DNA of 64,000 nt, from positions 54,428 to 118,427 of the IMG/VR virus record IMGVR_UViG_3300010355_001758. The stretch is one strand, 5' to 3'. The position numbers and the translations under genes were made by a program. A model generated the notes under the pieces. That model was given only the letters and a program-made list of their open reading frames with translations, made no database searches and had not been told where the DNA came from. Below, one piece after another: positions 1 through 9,722 of this stretch. Numbering within the stretch: the first letter of the stretch is position 1; every line of letters starts with the position of its first letter. Origin of the DNA: a virus.

Positions 1-1406
1 ACCTCACCAACCCGCCGTCCAACCTGCTCGGAGTGCTGAGCGCGTACATCAACTATAGCACCGGTGAGTGCTCGATCACGCTGACCTCCGACGTCCCGCC
101 GGCGAACGCCGGCGAGCAGCCCATCTCGGACTACGACTACTTCGTCAGCACCGACCCCCTGTCCGCCATCGTCCAGGGTGCCGCCACCGGCGGCGCCGAC
201 CGGGAGGACCTCGAGGCCCTGCGCCAGTCGGTCAAGGTGTTCGTGAAGTCGCAGGACCGCTTCATCACCACCACGGACTACGACCAGGGCCTCCTCCGCC
301 TGCCCGGGGTGGCGTTGGCCAAGACCGACGCCCGCCCCCTGGCGTACACCGGCAACGTCGTGCGCCTGAACGTGTGGGCCGACGAGACGGTCACCTTCCG
401 CTCCGTCCCCTACGACGGCCTGGTCGGCACCGCCAGCTATCGCCGGTACGTGACCGCCGCCCCGGCGCTGAGCGCGCAGGTCCAGCAGTTCGTGAAGGAC
501 AAGTCGCTGGTGTCCGTCCACCACGTCGTGTCCCGTCCCGGCATCCTGTGGGTCGACCTGTACTTCCGGGACCTGGCCTTCGACCCCCGCGCCGACGCGC
601 AGGCCGTCCGCGACGGCGTGACCGCTGCCGTGGTCTCCGCGTTCCAGGAGGGGTCCGGGTTCGAGATGCGCCTGTCTGAGCTGTACGCCGCCATCTACCG
701 GGTGCCCGGGGTGGCGTACTTCACCCTCCACCGCGCCGCCGTGGGGACGATGTCGCAGTCCGCCCCGGCCGAGGCGCTGGGGTTCACCGCCGCGTCCCCC
801 GTGTTCTCCGCCCAGCTGCCCAGCGTGGGGACGGTGCTCGGAGGGGCCCTGCTGCGGCCGCGGTCGCTGCGCGTGAGCATCGACCAGGGCGTCGATCGCC
901 TGATCCTGGCCGACGACGGGGTCGGCGGCATGGTGCAGGTGGCAGGCGTGTCGAACACGCTGGCGCCGACCGGCAACACCGTGGACTACGTGACCGGGCT
1001 CGTGCAGCTGACCTTCAACAGCTCCCTGACCGCCGGCGCCGCCGCCGTGGCCACCTACGACAACATCATCGGGGACTACCGGCAGAATCCCCGGCTGACC
1101 AAGAACAGCCTGGACGACGGCGACTGGTGGCCGTCGCCCTCTCCGCTGGCGGCGCAGTTCTCGCCCGTGTCGACGACCCTGGTGCGCTACGACGGGCGTC
1201 CGCTCACCATGCCGGGGGCGGTCGACATTGAGTATGAGTCGCTGCGCGACATCGTCGTGGAGTCCGCGCTGGTGGACCTCCGGTTCTACGACGACGCGTA
1301 CCTGTACGACAACTCGTTCTACTACGACAGCGAGATGCGCTTCAACAAGCCCATGCGGGCCATCAACCTGCGGCTGCTGGATTTCCGCGCCGCCCCGAGG
1401 GCCTGA
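1..1406 (+). CDS. Baseplate wedge subunit (baseplate J / T4 gp6-like), 5' truncated
   Basis: Frame is open from the window edge. ATGGADREDLEALR...QDRFITTTDYD is the typical baseplate J/gp6 motif; tail-gene context. Confidence 0.8.
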   Translation, partial: LTNPPSNLLGVLSAYINYSTGECSITLTSDVPPANAGEQPISDYDYFVSTDPLSAIVQGAATGGADREDLEALRQSVKVFVKSQDRFITTTDYDQGLLRLPGVALAKTDARPLAYTGNVVRLNVWADETVTFRSVPYDGLVGTASYRRYVTAAPALSAQVQQFVKDKSLVSVHHVVSRPGILWVDLYFRDLAFDPRADAQAVRDGVTAAVVSAFQEGSGFEMRLSELYAAIYRVPGVAYFTLHRAAVGTMSQSAPAEALGFTAASPVFSAQLPSVGTVLGGALLRPRSLRVSIDQGVDRLILADDGVGGMVQVAGVSNTLAPTGNTVDYVTGLVQLTFNSSLTAGAAAVATYDNIIGDYRQNPRLTKNSLDDGDWWPSPSPLAAQFSPVSTTLVRYDGRPLTMPGAVDIEYESLRDIVVESALVDLRFYDDAYLYDNSFYYDSEMRFNKPMRAINLRLLDFRAAPRA

Positions 1407-1409
1407 GCC

Positions 1410-3647
1410 GTGGCCGCACCCACACGAGACCTCAGCCGGTACCGCGGCCCGCTCCCGTTCATCGTGGAGTGGGAGGACGTGGCGACGATGGCGCAGGTGC
1501 CGCCCGCCACCGCGGCCAACCGCGGCAAGTTCTTCCTGGTCGCCACCGGGACGGCGCTCGACCCCGCCCTGGAGGCGCTCGGCGCTGCGCCCGGCTCGTT
1601 GGGCATGGTCGGGCTGGACGCGTACGGGGTGTCGTACGTGTTCCGCTCCCCGAAGCTCGGGGACGTGGTGTGCCGGCCCGATGCGTCGCTCCTCCGCTAC
1701 GTCGAGGTCCGGCGCCCAGACCCGGCCACCAGCGAGAACGTGGTCACCCTGGAGTGGGTGCCGTACCGGACGCCGCCGCAGCGCGCCCTCGACGGCATGT
1801 CGGTGTTCGACATCTTCGACCCCGACGGCGTGTACGACTACTATGCCAGGCTCGTCGGTGCCGTGCTGGCGCAGATGCAGGTCACCAACCTCGACCTGGC
1901 CACCTGGCGCGACCCGCAGAAGCTGCCGGCCGAGTTCCTGGAGCTTGCGGCGTCGTCCGTCGGCGTGCGCTTCTACCCGTGGGACTCCGAGCGGCTGCGA
2001 CGGAGCAAGGTGGAGGCGGCCGTCCCCGCCTCCCGCCTGCGCGGCACCGATCCGAGCTTCAAGCTGAAGTTCCGCCAGCTGGGGTATCTGGGCTACGTCA
2101 CCGAGTCGTGGCAGCGTCAGTCGATGCTGGACTGGAACGTGCCTGTGCGCGAGCGCGTCCCGTTGTACCAGCAGGCCAGCGTGGTGTTCGCGCACAACCA
2201 GAACCCGCATACCGGCGACTCCATCACGATGCAGGTGACCGAGCTCGTGGGGCCGCCGACGGCGTACATGCCCGCCCCGGTCACGCTGACGTTCTCCGGG
2301 CGCGTCGAGGACGAGGCCCAGGGGGTGACGGCCGCCGGGACCTCGCAGCTCGGCGTGCTCCTGCAGCCGCCCGTGCTGCCCTTCAGCGTGCGCATCGCGA
2401 TCAGCGACGGGGGCACGACCTACTACTGCCAGGACAACGGGGCCGGGGCGCTGGTCGGCGATTTCACCGGGACGATCGACTACGCGACCGGCGCCTGGCT
2501 GGCCAACGCCTCTCAGGCGTTCGCGGCCGGGAACCCCATGTCCGCCAGCTACCTGCAGTCGGCCGTGCCGTCGCCGCTGGTCCCCATCGGACTGTCGGCC
2601 CGCGAGACGCTGGAGAACCTGGTCGGGCGCATCCAGACGCTCGGCACGCTGGCGCCCTACATCGAGGCCGGACCCTACCTCGATTCGGTCCCCCACCTCC
2701 TGCTCCAGTCCCGCGTGCCGTACAACGCGGCCGGGAACCCGCGCCTGACCGTGTCCTCGACCCAGTTGTACCTGCGCGTCGTCCAGCCCTCCCAGCCCAA
2801 CACGCCGTGGAACCCGCCGAGCAAGGCGATCGGGTGGCCCGTCATCCACCTTGCGCGCCTGTCGAATGACGCCCAGCTGGAGGTGCGCGCCATCCGCTCC
2901 GACGGGGACCCGCTGTCGCCGTACCTGACCATCGAGGTGCGCCCCGGAAACGCCTACAGGCGCACCCGCGCCGCCATCGTGTTCTACGACCTCTACCTGC
3001 CGCAGCCCGGCGACCGCGTGATCGTCGTCCTCGGGGGCACGGAGACGGTCTTCGAGTACGGCGGAAACTGGCCAGCCGTCCCCGACACCGGGGAGAGGTC
3101 GCAGGATAGCCACCTGGCGGCAGAGAGCCTGTTGGCGACCCTGGCGGCCTACTACCCCACCGGTCTCGCGATCTCTCGCGCGCCGCTCGGGTTCGACTTC
3201 GTCGTCGGCGTCGGAGAGGACGGTGCCGGGTACGTGGACCCGACCGCGGCGTGGATCGAGGTCCCGCACGGGACGCGGTCCGGCGAGCCGGCCATCCACT
3301 CGCCGACCAACCTCATCACCGTGCACATGAATGCCGCCAACGGGGCGCCGTTGTCGTTCCCCGGCATCCCGCAGCCCGGGACGTCGGTCGGGTCGTCCGG
3401 GCCGACCCCGGCGATGGACGAGCTGCGCACCCTGGTCATGTCCGAGCTGGTGGCCGATGTGCTGCCCGCCAACGGACGGGTGCGGCAGTGGGTGACCGAC
3501 ATCAAGATGCCGTCGCTCCTGGAGGGCGCCGGAGAGGTGGTCCTCGTCGGGGACACGCTGCAGGTCGGCGTGCCCGCCAACCTGATCACGCAGACCGGCG
3601 ACGACATCCTCACGCAGACCGGCGATCAGATCTATGTCTACCCGTAG
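1410..3647 (+). CDS. Baseplate/tail protein with P2 gpI-like domain
   Basis: WRDPQKLPAEFLELAASSVG...RLRGT resembles P2 tail protein I; follows the wedge gene; C-terminal LITQTGD repeats. Confidence 0.65.
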   Translation: MAAPTRDLSRYRGPLPFIVEWEDVATMAQVPPATAANRGKFFLVATGTALDPALEALGAAPGSLGMVGLDAYGVSYVFRSPKLGDVVCRPDASLLRYVEVRRPDPATSENVVTLEWVPYRTPPQRALDGMSVFDIFDPDGVYDYYARLVGAVLAQMQVTNLDLATWRDPQKLPAEFLELAASSVGVRFYPWDSERLRRSKVEAAVPASRLRGTDPSFKLKFRQLGYLGYVTESWQRQSMLDWNVPVRERVPLYQQASVVFAHNQNPHTGDSITMQVTELVGPPTAYMPAPVTLTFSGRVEDEAQGVTAAGTSQLGVLLQPPVLPFSVRIAISDGGTTYYCQDNGAGALVGDFTGTIDYATGAWLANASQAFAAGNPMSASYLQSAVPSPLVPIGLSARETLENLVGRIQTLGTLAPYIEAGPYLDSVPHLLLQSRVPYNAAGNPRLTVSSTQLYLRVVQPSQPNTPWNPPSKAIGWPVIHLARLSNDAQLEVRAIRSDGDPLSPYLTIEVRPGNAYRRTRAAIVFYDLYLPQPGDRVIVVLGGTETVFEYGGNWPAVPDTGERSQDSHLAAESLLATLAAYYPTGLAISRAPLGFDFVVGVGEDGAGYVDPTAAWIEVPHGTRSGEPAIHSPTNLITVHMNAANGAPLSFPGIPQPGTSVGSSGPTPAMDELRTLVMSELVADVLPANGRVRQWVTDIKMPSLLEGAGEVVLVGDTLQVGVPANLITQTGDDILTQTGDQIYVYP

Positions 3648-3688
3648 CCTCGCATTGCGGGGCCCTGCCTCGGAGGTATCGTAGCGCC

Positions 3689-4249
3689 ATGAGTGACGGG
3701 ATCCGGGCTTGCGGTCGCCTGCGCATCTATCGGACCGGCGTGAACCGCCGTTTCACGGAGTGCCTCGTCGACACCCACAACCTGATCGTCGACGACGGAT
3801 TGTCGGCCATCAGCCGCCTCATCGGCGGAGGGTACGGCGTCCCGGTCGTCGGCGCCGGGGTGACGACCTACCCGCTGTCGGCCCTGTCCGGGGCGTCGGT
3901 TTCGACCATGCTCCTCGGCACCCGCGATGCCCTGCCGGCGCCGCTGCCGGGGGACGGGGATGCAGGACCCATCCCGACCGTGGACGTTCCCGCCGGGGGC
4001 GGGTTCCGCGGGCAGTTCACCGCCGTAGGCGGGACGTTGGCGATCTCCTACCCTACCCCCACCTCCGTGCGCTTCACCGCCTACGCCGGGACCGGGCAGT
4101 GGAACGACCCCAACCCGCCCATCACCGAGGAGATGCTGCTCACCGAGATGGGCACCGTCTTCGCCCGCGTCGTCCTGCCCATCCCCGTGAACACCACGTC
4201 GTCGTCCGGCCTGTCGTTCGTCCATGACATCATCCTGAGCCGAGCCTGA
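3689..4249 (+). CDS. Putative baseplate/tail-collar protein
   Basis: NLIVDDGL and ITEEMLL...FARV motifs; lies between baseplate and fibre genes; start re-chosen at ATG 3689. Confidence 0.5.
   Translation: MSDGIRACGRLRIYRTGVNRRFTECLVDTHNLIVDDGLSAISRLIGGGYGVPVVGAGVTTYPLSALSGASVSTMLLGTRDALPAPLPGDGDAGPIPTVDVPAGGGFRGQFTAVGGTLAISYPTPTSVRFTAYAGTGQWNDPNPPITEEMLLTEMGTVFARVVLPIPVNTTSSSGLSFVHDIILSRA
3740..3756 (+). repeat. Dispersed 17-bp quasi-palindrome
   Basis: GTGAACCGCCGTTTCAC, intragenic (VNRRFT). Confidence 0.9.
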
Positions 4250-4250
4250 T

Positions 4251-6449
4251 ATGCCCTCCCAGACACTGATCGCAGGCGTTCCGCAGCTCATCACCACCGG
4301 TACCTCCGATGCCGTCGGCGACCTGCCGGCGCCGGTGTGGCCCACGCTCGAGCGCATCGCCGTCATCGACCTCGTGGGGCCCAGCGCCGCCAACCGCCAG
4401 CACCGCTCCCTGCAGAAGCGCACCAGCGTCCTGGCCTTCGACACCAACCTGGCGGTCGCGGCGCTGAACGCCGTCACCGGTGCCACCGCCGTAGGGGCGG
4501 ACTACGCCAGGAAGCCGCACGCGAACGCCGATGTGCCGTTGACGGCCGGGGCGGCGCAGACGCAGGACGATCTCGAGCACTACCTCGCCCGCGACGGCAG
4601 CAGCATCATGTGGGGGCGCCTGAACCTCGGGCACACCCGGTCGCTGATGTACTCGACGGCGTTCGGTGGCGACGACTTCCACTGGACGCAGGGCCCCGGC
4701 AGCGCCGCCGTGGCGAACGCCGATGCCGACCTGGCGTGGGGCGTGAAGCGCCTGGCCGCGAACAGCTACCAGCTCTACGTGTGGTCCGGCGGCAGCCCCT
4801 ACCGCGTGCTGACCACCGAGGACTTCGGCGGCGGCGCCGGCGTGTTCCTGGCGTCCGATACCAACAACCCGCGCGTGGTTGGCGGCGTCGGCGGCGCCTC
4901 GCTTTACATCGAGGCGACCAACGCGACCCCGGGCACCGAGGCGACCCTCGGCACCCGCATCACCGGGCAGGACGCCTTCTCGTGGCGGCAGGCGCGCGAC
5001 GATACCGGCAAGCTGTCGCTGTACCGGGCCGAGGGCATCTCCGGCGTGAACGCGAAGCTGATGGAGGTCGACGCCTCAGGGTCGTACGCTTACGTGCGGA
5101 CCTCGCCGCTGTCTGTGTCGCCGAACCTGACCATCCACGGCATCGCCGTCGCCCATATCCCGCACGGGGCCGTGACCGGCTGGGGGGTGGACGACTTCAG
5201 CTACGAGGCGGTGCAGCTGCCCTACGCCGGCCGCCTGCGCGTGGCCTTCGGGGCGATCGAGTCGGTGCGGATGGCCAACGGCCAGCCCGCCCTGTCGAAC
5301 CCGGCTAACAACGCCACCGTGGCCGTCGACTCCCAGCTGTCCGTCGTCATGGACGCCGCCGGCGAGCCGGCGTTCGGTACCGCTCAGCCGCGTATCGGCT
5401 TCGAGCGTCGCGGCGTCAATAGCTGCGCCCTCTACTACGACGGCGTGAACGGCGGCACCCACCACCTCCGCGTGCGCGGTATGGACGGGTTCGACGACCG
5501 CCTGGCGTTCGTCTCCGAGATCCCCGGCGGAGGGTCCGGGTTGACCGTGCTCGGCGTCGCCGTGCCCGGGTCGCCCGTCAACGTCAACATCACCGCGGCC
5601 GGGTGGTACGCGTACCTGCTCGTCGGTGGCGGTGGAGGTGGTGGCGGTGGAGGCGGAGGTGGAAACGGCGGCAAGAATGGCGGAGGCGGCGGTGCCGGCG
5701 GCTCCGGCGGGCAGGTGCGTTACGGCATGATCTACATCCCGACCGCTTCCGCCGTGTTGACCCTGACGGCCGGTGCGGCCGGTATCGCCGGCGCCGCCGG
5801 CGGTGGGACCGGCAGCGGCGGCTCCGGTACGGCCGGAGGCGTCAGCACCATCACCGGGCTGGCCGGGTTCGAGGCTACGGCCGACGGCGGCACCTTCGGC
5901 TCCGGCGGCGCTCGTGACGCCAGCGGCGGTGGCGGCGGCACCTGCCAGGGCAATGGAGGCGATGGCGGCCGCGGCGGCTACTATTCTACCCCCACCGTCA
6001 GCAATACCCCCGCACAGGCCGGCGGCGGCGGCATGATCGACGCCGTCCTCAGCGGGACCGTGTCGTCCTTCGGCGCCGCAGGGCCGTATGTCGGAAGCCA
6101 CTGGGTGTACGGCGGGCCCGGCGGCGGCGGCGGCGCCGCAGCCGGGATCGTTACCCGGGCGCTGTACATCGACGGCACGCAGCGCGTCATGTACCCGGCC
6201 AATATCGGTCACGGCGGCGTCAGCCTGACCCGGCTGCTCGCCGCCGCGTCGCTGTCCACCGTGTGGGCCGGCGGCGCCGGTGGTCGTAACGGCTATGGCG
6301 GCACCAACCCGCAGCCCGGCGCAGCCGCGACCGGATACGGCTGCGGCGGGGGCGGCGGGGGCGGCGGAGACGGTGCCTCCGGCGGATACGTCGGCCAGGC
6401 CGGGGGTGCCGGAGCGCCCGGCGTCGTAGCACTCTTCAAGCTCTTCTGA
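4251..6449 (+). CDS. Tail fibre / receptor-binding protein with glycine-rich C-terminal domain
   Basis: LLVGGGGGGGG...GGGGGAGGSGG glycine-rich domain typical of phage fibre tips. Confidence 0.7.
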   Translation: MPSQTLIAGVPQLITTGTSDAVGDLPAPVWPTLERIAVIDLVGPSAANRQHRSLQKRTSVLAFDTNLAVAALNAVTGATAVGADYARKPHANADVPLTAGAAQTQDDLEHYLARDGSSIMWGRLNLGHTRSLMYSTAFGGDDFHWTQGPGSAAVANADADLAWGVKRLAANSYQLYVWSGGSPYRVLTTEDFGGGAGVFLASDTNNPRVVGGVGGASLYIEATNATPGTEATLGTRITGQDAFSWRQARDDTGKLSLYRAEGISGVNAKLMEVDASGSYAYVRTSPLSVSPNLTIHGIAVAHIPHGAVTGWGVDDFSYEAVQLPYAGRLRVAFGAIESVRMANGQPALSNPANNATVAVDSQLSVVMDAAGEPAFGTAQPRIGFERRGVNSCALYYDGVNGGTHHLRVRGMDGFDDRLAFVSEIPGGGSGLTVLGVAVPGSPVNVNITAAGWYAYLLVGGGGGGGGGGGGGNGGKNGGGGGAGGSGGQVRYGMIYIPTASAVLTLTAGAAGIAGAAGGGTGSGGSGTAGGVSTITGLAGFEATADGGTFGSGGARDASGGGGGTCQGNGGDGGRGGYYSTPTVSNTPAQAGGGGMIDAVLSGTVSSFGAAGPYVGSHWVYGGPGGGGGAAAGIVTRALYIDGTQRVMYPANIGHGGVSLTRLLAAASLSTVWAGGAGGRNGYGGTNPQPGAAATGYGCGGGGGGGGDGASGGYVGQAGGAGAPGVVALFKLF

Positions 6450-6455
6450 GGCCCC

Positions 6456-6866
6456 ATGCCCGTCACGCACGCCAACTCCCCTACCCGCGACGCCATGTGC
6501 AACGCCGTCGTCGGTCTCGTCGATCAGGGCAGCGCCCTGGCCTCCGGGCGCCTCCAGCTCTCCGTCGATAGCGGGTTCACCGATGTCGTGGTCAGCGTGC
6601 CGCTGCAGAACCCTGCGTTCGCGGTCGCCTCGGCAGGGTCCGGCACCTCGGCCCTGAACACCGGCGGTGGCCTGTCGGTCGTCTACTCCGGCGGGGTCAC
6701 CAAGACGGTGAACTACTTCCGCTTCACCGACCGCGACGGCGTGGAGGTCATGCGCGGCACCGTCAGCGGCCCCTCCGGCACCGGCGACATGAAGCTGGCC
6801 GACAACGTCATCCCCGACAACACCACCATCACCGTCACCGCGTTCGTGTACACGACCATCCCGTGA
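6456..6866 (+). CDS. Small virion structural protein (hypothetical)
   Basis: Beta-rich 136-aa ORF with GC-biased codons in the tail cluster. Confidence 0.55.
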   Translation: MPVTHANSPTRDAMCNAVVGLVDQGSALASGRLQLSVDSGFTDVVVSVPLQNPAFAVASAGSGTSALNTGGGLSVVYSGGVTKTVNYFRFTDRDGVEVMRGTVSGPSGTGDMKLADNVIPDNTTITVTAFVYTTIP

Positions 6867-6879
6867 ACCGCCGTTTCGC
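6863..6879 (+). repeat. Dispersed 17-bp quasi-palindrome
   Basis: GTGAACCGCCGTTTCGC; its TGA is the stop of 6456..6866. Confidence 0.85.
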
Positions 6880-6891
6880 GGGGTAGCCGCG

Positions 6892-6919
6892 TTGCCCTGA
6901 CTCCCCAGGAAGGTAGGCT
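6892..6919 (+). promoter_or_regulatory. Putative sigma70-type promoter (leaderless)
   Basis: TTGCCC-N16-TAGGCT, 7 nt before ATG 6927. Confidence 0.45.
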
Positions 6920-6926
6920 GCTGCAC

Positions 6927-7532
6927 ATGCCTTTGTCCCCCGCCGCGCAGAACGTCGCCATCGCCGCCCTGGCCGCCCAGGCGTCCCACCTGTCCCTGCA
7001 CTCCGATGTTCCCGACGCCGCCGGGTCAGACGAGCTGTCCGGCGGCGTTCCGGCGTACGCCCGGCAGCCCGCCACCTGGAACTTCCCGTCCGACGGGGAG
7101 ATGGCGCTCGCCGCTCCCGTCGTTTTCGACGTGCCCGCCGGGCCTGTGGCCTATGTCGGCCTGTGGTCCGCCCTGGTCGCCGGAGACTTCCTGGGCTACG
7201 CCCCGGTGAACGGCGGCGCGCTGCGCGGTGCGGCGTTCGCCCGAGCGGCGACCGACGACTTCTACGCCGTCGCTCACGGCTTGGTCGTCGGCGACCGGGT
7301 GGCGGTGTCGCCGTTGCCCGGCCAAGGGCTGCCGTCCGGGATCAGCGGCGACCTGTACTTCGTCGTCGCCGTGCCGACCGCCGATACCTTCCAGCTTGCT
7401 ACGTCGCCGTTCGCGTCCCCGGTCGACCCGGGGTCCGACGGGGCTGTGCTGTGGCAGCGTTCTGCCGTGGATGTGTTCTCGGCCCAGGGGGCCGTGTCCG
7501 TCGATACCCTCACCTTCGTAGTGGGGCCCTGA
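6927..7532 (+). CDS. Minor tail / fibre-associated structural protein
   Basis: LSLHSDVP...ELSGG..YARQPATW motif common in phage minor tail proteins; inserted HGLVVGDRV beta domain. Confidence 0.6.
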   Translation: MPLSPAAQNVAIAALAAQASHLSLHSDVPDAAGSDELSGGVPAYARQPATWNFPSDGEMALAAPVVFDVPAGPVAYVGLWSALVAGDFLGYAPVNGGALRGAAFARAATDDFYAVAHGLVVGDRVAVSPLPGQGLPSGISGDLYFVVAVPTADTFQLATSPFASPVDPGSDGAVLWQRSAVDVFSAQGAVSVDTLTFVVGP

Positions 7533-7742
7533 GTGTCCGACAGCTCCTCCACGACGTACGCCTCGGCCTCGTCCAGCAGCACGCGTAGCGTCGGTGCCGG
7601 CCCCGGGGTCGCATCGTCTGCCTCTGTCGCCCGCAGCCGCCTCGGCTATCCGTGGTACAGCACTCCGCCGCGTACCGACGAGTTGCAGTTGTTCGTCCGC
7701 GATGACGACATCGATGTGTTCTTCGAGGAGCCGCTGCGATGA
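7533..7742 (+). CDS. Hypothetical protein
   Basis: Fills the gap exactly; ATGA overlap with the next gene. Confidence 0.45.
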   Translation: MSDSSSTTYASASSSSTRSVGAGPGVASSASVARSRLGYPWYSTPPRTDELQLFVRDDDIDVFFEEPLR

Positions 7743-8503
7743 GCGTGATCACCCCCGGTATCGAGCTGTTCCACGGCAACACTCGTTGGCTGAACCTCCG
7801 CCTGCGGCGATACGGTCAGCGAGAGGCTATGGACGTGTCCACCGCCCAGCGCATCGCCGTCGAGTTCGCCAAGATCGGTGAGGCGCCGCTTCCGCCGGTG
7901 TACGCCTCCCGGACCGCGCCCGGCGCCGATTGGATCGGCGGGCGCGTGCCGGTGCTGGTGAGCCCGGCCGACGTTACCGCGCGCATCGGCAGCTATGACG
8001 TCTCCGTCACCGTGTTCGAGACCCCGGTGGAGCGCACCGCGGCCGTGGGGCGCGTCGAGGTGCTCCCCCGTCCCGTGCGCGGCCTCCTGACGCTCCCCAA
8101 CGGGAACGCCTATGCGTCGTCGAACGTGATGGCCATGGTCAACGCCGGGGCCTACACCATCCCGATGGGTGCCCCCGTGGCTGCGACCGGGGGCGGGTTG
8201 GTACTGGCGCAGGGGGCCGGCCCAGCCCGGCCGGCCGACGGCATCGCTGTGGCGCCTACCGGACCCGGATCGACCTGCCTGTATATCGCCAGCGGACAGG
8301 TGCGGCTGGTCGATTGGACGCCCGTCTTTGGTTCCGGCAGCCTGCCGGCAGGGGCGGCCGAGCTCTGGCTCGGGGCGGCCGCCGGATCCCTCACCGATAC
8401 GATCCCCGTCGCACCCGCCTTCGCCCTGCGTCAGGTCGTGGGAGACGTCGGATCCGACCCCCAGGTGCTGAACGTCAACATCTCGTCTGGATTCGTCCTG
8501 TGA
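7739..8503 (+). CDS. Virion structural protein (hypothetical)
   Basis: Coupled ORF in the tail operon. Confidence 0.55.
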   Translation: MSVITPGIELFHGNTRWLNLRLRRYGQREAMDVSTAQRIAVEFAKIGEAPLPPVYASRTAPGADWIGGRVPVLVSPADVTARIGSYDVSVTVFETPVERTAAVGRVEVLPRPVRGLLTLPNGNAYASSNVMAMVNAGAYTIPMGAPVAATGGGLVLAQGAGPARPADGIAVAPTGPGSTCLYIASGQVRLVDWTPVFGSGSLPAGAAELWLGAAAGSLTDTIPVAPAFALRQVVGDVGSDPQVLNVNISSGFVL

Positions 8504-8892
8504 GCCTACCCCCGCCCCTCGTAGCCGATGCGCGCTTCCCCAAGCAGTCCCCCGCCGGCATCGGCGTGGAGGCGATCGTCCTCAAGCCGCTGGCACAGCT
8601 GCCGGCCGACCCCGAGGAGGGGATGATTGCCCGGTTGGCGTCCGACGGGCTCGTGTACACGCGCCGAGGCGGGGTGTGGACGACCGGTACGGGCGTCGGG
8701 TCGACCCACGTGCACCACCAGGCTCTCGCCGCCGCGGTCTGGAGCATCTCGCACACGCTGGGGTACCGCCCCTCCGTGCACGCCATCGACACGACCGGCG
8801 AGCAGATCATCGGTGAGGTGACCTTTCCCGCGCTCAACCAGGTGCAAGTCGCTTTCCTGATCCCCGTCGCCGGGTACGCTTACCTCACCTGA
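8500..8892 (+). CDS. Small virion structural protein
   Basis: HHQALAAAVWSISHTLGYRPSV motif seen in phage structural proteins; GTGA overlap start. Confidence 0.55.
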   Translation: MSLPPPLVADARFPKQSPAGIGVEAIVLKPLAQLPADPEEGMIARLASDGLVYTRRGGVWTTGTGVGSTHVHHQALAAAVWSISHTLGYRPSVHAIDTTGEQIIGEVTFPALNQVQVAFLIPVAGYAYLT

Positions 8893-8905
8893 ACCGCCGT
8901 TTCAC
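8889..8905 (+). repeat. Dispersed 17-bp quasi-palindrome
   Basis: CTGAACCGCCGTTTCAC; supplies the TGA stop, followed by a GGAG RBS. Confidence 0.9.
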
Positions 8906-8914
8906 GGAGCCGTC

Positions 8915-9715
8915 ATGCCGAAGCTGCTGACCAACCTCGATGCGCAGAACGTGGCCACGTTGGTCAACGTGCCCAACCCTGTCGCCGCTGGTGACGTGGC
9001 CAACAAGAGTTATGTCGACAGCGTCGCGCAGGGGCTGCAGATCAAGTCCAGCGTTCGTGCTGCTACCGTCGGGGACATCAGCCTGTCCGGCCTGGGGACG
9101 CAGGCCGGTGGAGACTGGGCGGCGCCCCTGACGGCCGGTGATCGCATCCTGGTGCGGGCGCAGTCGTCCGGGGTGCAGAACGGCATCTACCTCGCAGCTG
9201 CCGGGGCGTGGGCCCGCTCCGGCGACCTCCCGGCCGGCTCCAATGCCCGGTCGACCTTCGTGTTCGTCGAGCAGGGGGCGACCCTGGCCGACTCCGGCTG
9301 GGTGTGCACCAACGATTCCGGGTCCGATGTCGTCGGCACCAACGCGCTGTCCTTCGCGCAGTTCAGCGGCGCCGGCATGATCACGCCCGGCGCGGCGATG
9401 TCGAAGTCCGGGGATACCCTCAACGTCCTGACCGACGGCACCACCGTACAGGTCAACGGGTCGAACCAGCTGGAGGTCTCTCCCGCTGTCCGCTTCGCCA
9501 GCCACAAGGTCGTCGCCCTCGTAGGCGACGGCGTGGCGTCGAGCTTCGTCATCACCCACGGTCTCGGCGTGCAGAGCGTGCAGGTCGCGATCCGCGAGGT
9601 CGCGACCAACCAGGTCGTGATCGCCGACGTGGTGGCGAACACCGTCAACCAGGTGACCGTGAGCTTCGCCCAGGTCCCGACGCTCAACGCCTATGCCGTG
9701 ACCATCATCGGCTGA
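8915..9715 (+). CDS. Tail fibre-related / decoration protein
   Basis: VANKSYVD and KSSVRAAT...DRILVRAQ...QNGIY...WARS motifs of a widespread phage fibre family. Confidence 0.65.
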   Translation: MPKLLTNLDAQNVATLVNVPNPVAAGDVANKSYVDSVAQGLQIKSSVRAATVGDISLSGLGTQAGGDWAAPLTAGDRILVRAQSSGVQNGIYLAAAGAWARSGDLPAGSNARSTFVFVEQGATLADSGWVCTNDSGSDVVGTNALSFAQFSGAGMITPGAAMSKSGDTLNVLTDGTTVQVNGSNQLEVSPAVRFASHKVVALVGDGVASSFVITHGLGVQSVQVAIREVATNQVVIADVVANTVNQVTVSFAQVPTLNAYAVTIIG

Positions 9716-9722
9716 GGAACGC

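Noticed and set aside
5620..6420. G-rich runs as G-quadruplex or repeat elements
   Set aside because: Explained by the glycine-rich coding sequence.
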